Assembly (NCBI GenBank): GCA_963755025.1 | Contig: CAVWIH010000012.1 | Coordinates: 1 to 64,000 of the forward strand | Direction: 5' to 3' | DNA length: 64,000 nt | Origin: an uncultured Actinomycetes bacterium | Lineage (GTDB): Bacteria > Actinomycetota > Thermoleophilia > UBA2241 | Part shown: piece by piece, positions 60,782 to 64,000 of the stretch | Numbering within the stretch: the stretch's first letter is position 1 | Layout: each line of letters begins with the position of its first letter | Program-made: the position numbers and the translations under genes | The notes under the pieces: model-generated | What the model saw: only the letters and a program-made list of their open reading frames with translations | Databases searched by the model: none | Told to the model about the DNA's origin: nothing

Positions 60782-61624
60782 CTACGCGAGGGGCACGGCC
60801 GCCCCATCCGACAGCCTCAGCGTCGACTCAAAGCCCGCCGCGCGCGCCTGCTCGAACGCGGCCTCGAACTGCGAACCGACCTCGGCAGCGCGATGCGCGT
60901 CGGAGCCGAACGTAAGAGGGATCCCGGCGAGGCGGGCACGCCGCAGCAGGCTCGGTGCGGGGTACATCTCGGCCACGGGGTGGCGATCGAGCCCGGAGGT
61001 GTTGATCTCGATCGCCATGCCGGCCGCGGCGACGGCCGCCAGCGCGGCGTCTTCGAGCGCATCCATGTCGGTCGCGGGACGGTAGCCCCACTTCTTCGGA
61101 AGGTCCAGGTGAGCCACAACATCGAATGCGCCGGTCTGGACGGCCTCGACGAGCGTCTCCCAGTAGCGGCGCCAGACCCGGTCCACGTCGCGCCAGCCCG
61201 GGGCGGCGGCAGAGCCTCTTTCGATGAAGCCGAACCCGTCGACGAAATGGACCGAGCACAAGACGTAGTCGAACGGGTAGTCGGCGAGCACGGCGAGAAT
61301 CTCGTCGGCTGCCGCGGGCAGGTAGTCGGCCTCGCCACCAAGCAGCACCCGCAGCTCCGGGTAGTCTTGAGCGACAGTCGTCACCGCCGCGACGTAGTCG
61401 TCGAGACGATCCCTGTCGATACCGTAGCCGCCTTGGGCCAGGAACGCCGGGGTGAGGTGGTCCGAGAAGCCCAGCTCGGGCAGACCGAGCTGCAGGGCAT
61501 GCTCGACGCAGGCGCGCAGCTCGTCCTTGCCGTCTGAGAAGCGGCTGTGCACGTGATAGTCGGCGAGGCGGGTGCGCGCCACTTCGGCAACCTCCAGCCC
61601 GTGATCTTCGGCCACGGCCATCAC
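60782..61624 (-). CDS. PHP-domain histidinol-phosphatase (HisJ/HisK family)
   Basis: DYHVHS.FSDG, GFSDH, G.EADY, DYVL.SVH, AHLDL.KK, EINTSG, TFGSDAH. TAGACT -10 box 5 nt before the GTG suggests a leaderless transcript. Confidence 0.9.
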   Translation of the reverse strand: MMAVAEDHGLEVAEVARTRLADYHVHSRFSDGKDELRACVEHALQLGLPELGFSDHLTPAFLAQGGYGIDRDRLDDYVAAVTTVAQDYPELRVLLGGEADYLPAAADEILAVLADYPFDYVLCSVHFVDGFGFIERGSAAAPGWRDVDRVWRRYWETLVEAVQTGAFDVVAHLDLPKKWGYRPATDMDALEDAALAAVAAAGMAIEINTSGLDRHPVAEMYPAPSLLRRARLAGIPLTFGSDAHRAAEVGSQFEAAFEQARAAGFESTLRLSDGAAVPLA

Positions 61625-61679
61625 CAACGAGTCTACTACCGCAGACGGCCGGTCACGGCAAGACTGAGCCGACCGGCCT

Positions 61680-62258
61680 TCAGCGCGGTTGGCGCAGCGG
61701 CTGCAGCGCCGCGGTCCAGCGCACGAGCTCGTGCAGCATGAGGTCGGCGGCCACGTCCATGCCTTCGTCGGCGTGCAGCGTCGTCTTGCTTTCGTCGAGC
61801 AGCCTGCCCACGAACGGGATGTAGACGGCCTCGAACAGGTCGACCATCTTCAGCGGCCCGACCACCTGCCTGAGCATCTGCACGGCCCGCGCGCCGGCCG
61901 CCACGCCGCCGTAGCTCACGAAGCCCACCGGTTTGTACTGCCACTCGAAGTGCAGATAGTCGATGGCGTTCTTGAGGGCCGCGTTGAAACCGTAGTTGTA
62001 CTCGGGCATGACGAACACGAAGGCGTCGGCGCGCTCGACGGTCGCGCTCCAGCGCTTCGTGTGTTCGTGGGTGTAGGCGTGCAGCATGGGGTGCTGGGGC
62101 TCGTCGAACAGGGGCAGCGCGACGGCCGCAAGGTCGACGAGCTCCACGTCGAAGCCGCCGTGATCGACGGCGCGCCCGTGCACCCACTCGGCGACCGGCA
62201 GCCCGACGCGGCCGGGCCGCGTGCTGCCGATGATGATCTCAAGCACAGGTCTGCTCAT
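61680..62258 (-). CDS. NADPH-dependent FMN reductase
   Basis: IIGSTRPGRVG, PEYNYG..AALKNAID, W.YKPVGFVSYGG...G.RA. Confidence 0.93.
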   Translation of the reverse strand: MSRPVLEIIIGSTRPGRVGLPVAEWVHGRAVDHGGFDVELVDLAAVALPLFDEPQHPMLHAYTHEHTKRWSATVERADAFVFVMPEYNYGFNAALKNAIDYLHFEWQYKPVGFVSYGGVAAGARAVQMLRQVVGPLKMVDLFEAVYIPFVGRLLDESKTTLHADEGMDVAADLMLHELVRWTAALQPLRQPR

Positions 62259-62382
62259 GCGTCTGGCTCCCTTTCGTGTTCGGCCGACCCGCGGTGCACA
62301 CGGTGCGCGCGGCGCGGCAACGTACGCGCGGCGCGGCCACGAGCGCGCGGCGACAAGCGCGCCGCGTTGACGAACGCGCCGC

Positions 62383-63072
62383 TCAGGGCCAGTCTACGCG
62401 CCGCCAGCCCCTGCGCCGGGCCGTGCTGGCGAGCCTGCCGCGGGCGTTGACCACCACAGCCCGCTGCGCGTGGCCTAGCAGCGCGACGTCGTCGGTCGAG
62501 TCGCCGTAGGCCGCGGCGAGCGTCCACTCGCCGGCCCCGAAGCGCTCGTCGGCAAAGCGGGTGAGGGCGAGCCATTTCTGGGGGCCCTCGCAGACCGGCC
62601 CGGCGAAGGCGCCGCGGCACAGTTCGCCGTGCACGAGCAGCTCGGAGGCGAGGTAGCCGTCGGCCCCAAGGCCCGCCGCCAGGCGGCTCACGACGAGTCC
62701 CAGCGAGGCCGAGACCAGCAGCACGAACGACCCCTCGGCGCGCAAGGCGGCGATCTCGGCGCGCGCCTCGGGACGCACGACCTCGAGCAGGTCGGCCACG
62801 ACCCGGTCGGCCAGCGCTTCGGCCCTCGCGAGCGGCAGGCCGTCGAGCACGGCCAAGCCGCGGACCCGCGCCGACACCGGGTCGATCAGCCCGACGCGGT
62901 GCCCCACGTAGATGGCCACGAGGCGGGCGAAGGCGGCGCGCCCGAGCAGGCCGCTCGCACGCAGGATGCCGAGGAACACGTGCTGGGCCGCGCGCTCGGA
63001 GAACAGGGTGCCGTCGACGTCGATCGCCGCGATCGCGACGCGCGCGGATTCTTCGCTTACTGCCTGCTCCAC
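62383..63072 (-). CDS. HAD-IB family hydrolase
   Basis: DVDGTL (motif I), LVSAS (motif II), G..K (motif III), AYGDSTDD..LL (motif IV). Confidence 0.88.
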   Translation of the reverse strand: MEQAVSEESARVAIAAIDVDGTLFSERAAQHVFLGILRASGLLGRAAFARLVAIYVGHRVGLIDPVSARVRGLAVLDGLPLARAEALADRVVADLLEVVRPEARAEIAALRAEGSFVLLVSASLGLVVSRLAAGLGADGYLASELLVHGELCRGAFAGPVCEGPQKWLALTRFADERFGAGEWTLAAAYGDSTDDVALLGHAQRAVVVNARGRLASTARRRGWRRVDWP

Positions 63073-63287
63073 GGTGGTGCGGACCGGTCCTCGATCGCGG
63101 GAGCGCTCACGCCGGGCTGTTCGTGCCCTGGCTTCGAGCCGGAAGGCGCGCCCCAAGGGGGCGCACCGGCATGATAGCGCGCCCGCGGCCGCGGCCGCGA
63201 CGTTTTGCCGCGGCCGCCCGCGGGCCCGGGGACCGAGTCGCCGGTCCCGGGACCGCCGGGCGGCGGGTGGGCGCGGGTCGCGACGCT

Positions 63288-64000
63288 CTACGAACCTGAG
63301 CCGCTTCCTTGCGCGCCGGCCTGCGCCGCCTCGATCATGGCGGCGATGCGGGCGCGAGCGGAGTCGAAGGCCGACGACGACTTCACGTACTTCGGGAACT
63401 TGAAGATGTGGCCGTACTTGATGGGATACGGGTACCAGGTGACGCTCTTGACGACCGCCGAGATGGCGGCCGGCGTGATGCCGGGGGTCTTGGCCGCGAT
63501 GCGCAGGTACTCGAGGTCCTGAAAGCCGTCGCGCAGCGCTTCGAGTCGCAGCGACGAGACCGGCGGAGCGCTCTTGTCGTCGAGCCCGTAGCGCGGGTAG
63601 TAGCCGGGGTAGATGAGGCTGGCCTCGCCGTTGGCGACGCGCCCGTCGGAGTACTCGAACGACAGCGGGTTCTTGTAGGGGTCGCGGTCGCCCTTGCCGG
63701 TCAGCGCGTTGCCCCACCTGGTGATGCCCCAGTAGAGCATGCCGTCGACCTTCCACTGGTACATGAGCCAGCCCCAGACGCGTTCGTCGGCCAGCCCCTT
63801 GTCGATCACGAAGTTCGGCAGCTGCGCGACCGACGAGTTGTAGTACGGATACCACCACACCTGGGCGCCCTTGGCCTGAAGTTTGCGCAGCACCGGCACG
63901 CGGCCGAAGAAGTAGTAGTAGCGCACGCACCAGATGTCGACGTCGTTGAACAGGAACGTGTTGGCGGCGTGCGTCGTGAGCCGGGTGGGGCGCGGGTCGT
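63288..64000 (-). CDS. DUF4091 / GH123-like domain protein, 5'-truncated by window edge
   Basis: WWY...PNFVID...R.WGW......DG.LYW; G...LIYPG; PVSSLRLEALRDG.QD.EYL. Confidence 0.8.
   Translation of the reverse strand, partial: DPRPTRLTTHAANTFLFNDVDIWCVRYYYFFGRVPVLRKLQAKGAQVWWYPYYNSSVAQLPNFVIDKGLADERVWGWLMYQWKVDGMLYWGITRWGNALTGKGDRDPYKNPLSFEYSDGRVANGEASLIYPGYYPRYGLDDKSAPPVSSLRLEALRDGFQDLEYLRIAAKTPGITPAAISAVVKSVTWYPYPIKYGHIFKFPKYVKSSSAFDSARARIAAMIEAAQAGAQGSGSGS

Overview
Very GC-rich bacterial chromosomal segment; gene content and promoter style suggest Actinomycetota, probably Thermoleophilia-like (inference). Many genes carry single-base frameshifts typical of an unpolished long-read assembly, so several long ORFs in the track are chimeras. 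In order: a damaged ParE-type toxin-antitoxin pair; a heme/menaquinone cluster (hemB-ahbD; hemL-rex-unknown-ubiD-ubiA); a DUF4388 protein fused to a degenerate small-GTPase domain; an Mrr-like nuclease; an MFS transporter; a multidomain L,D-transpeptidase; an orphan peptide-binding protein; eamA; tatA; a partner-switching locus (STAS plus two paralogous HATPase-PAS/GAF-PP2C proteins); an unannotated 51-aa Cys-rich protein; an S41 protease; cobQ; a ~2230-aa surface protein with about 14 DUF11/pilin-like domains; a UvrD helicase; two convergent MoxR-DUF58-membrane protein operons; a sugar ABC transporter; a GAF-GGDEF protein; cvpA; an SGNH hydrolase; xfp-ackA; and PHP, FMN reductase, HAD and DUF4091 genes. 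The most notable signal beyond the gene list is four sigma-28/WhiG-like promoter motifs with identical 16-nt spacing, upstream of the DUF4388 fusion, the giant surface protein, the diguanylate cyclase and the SGNH protein. No rRNA, tRNA, CRISPR array, transposase or integrase was seen. All calls come from reading motifs by eye; no database search was run.
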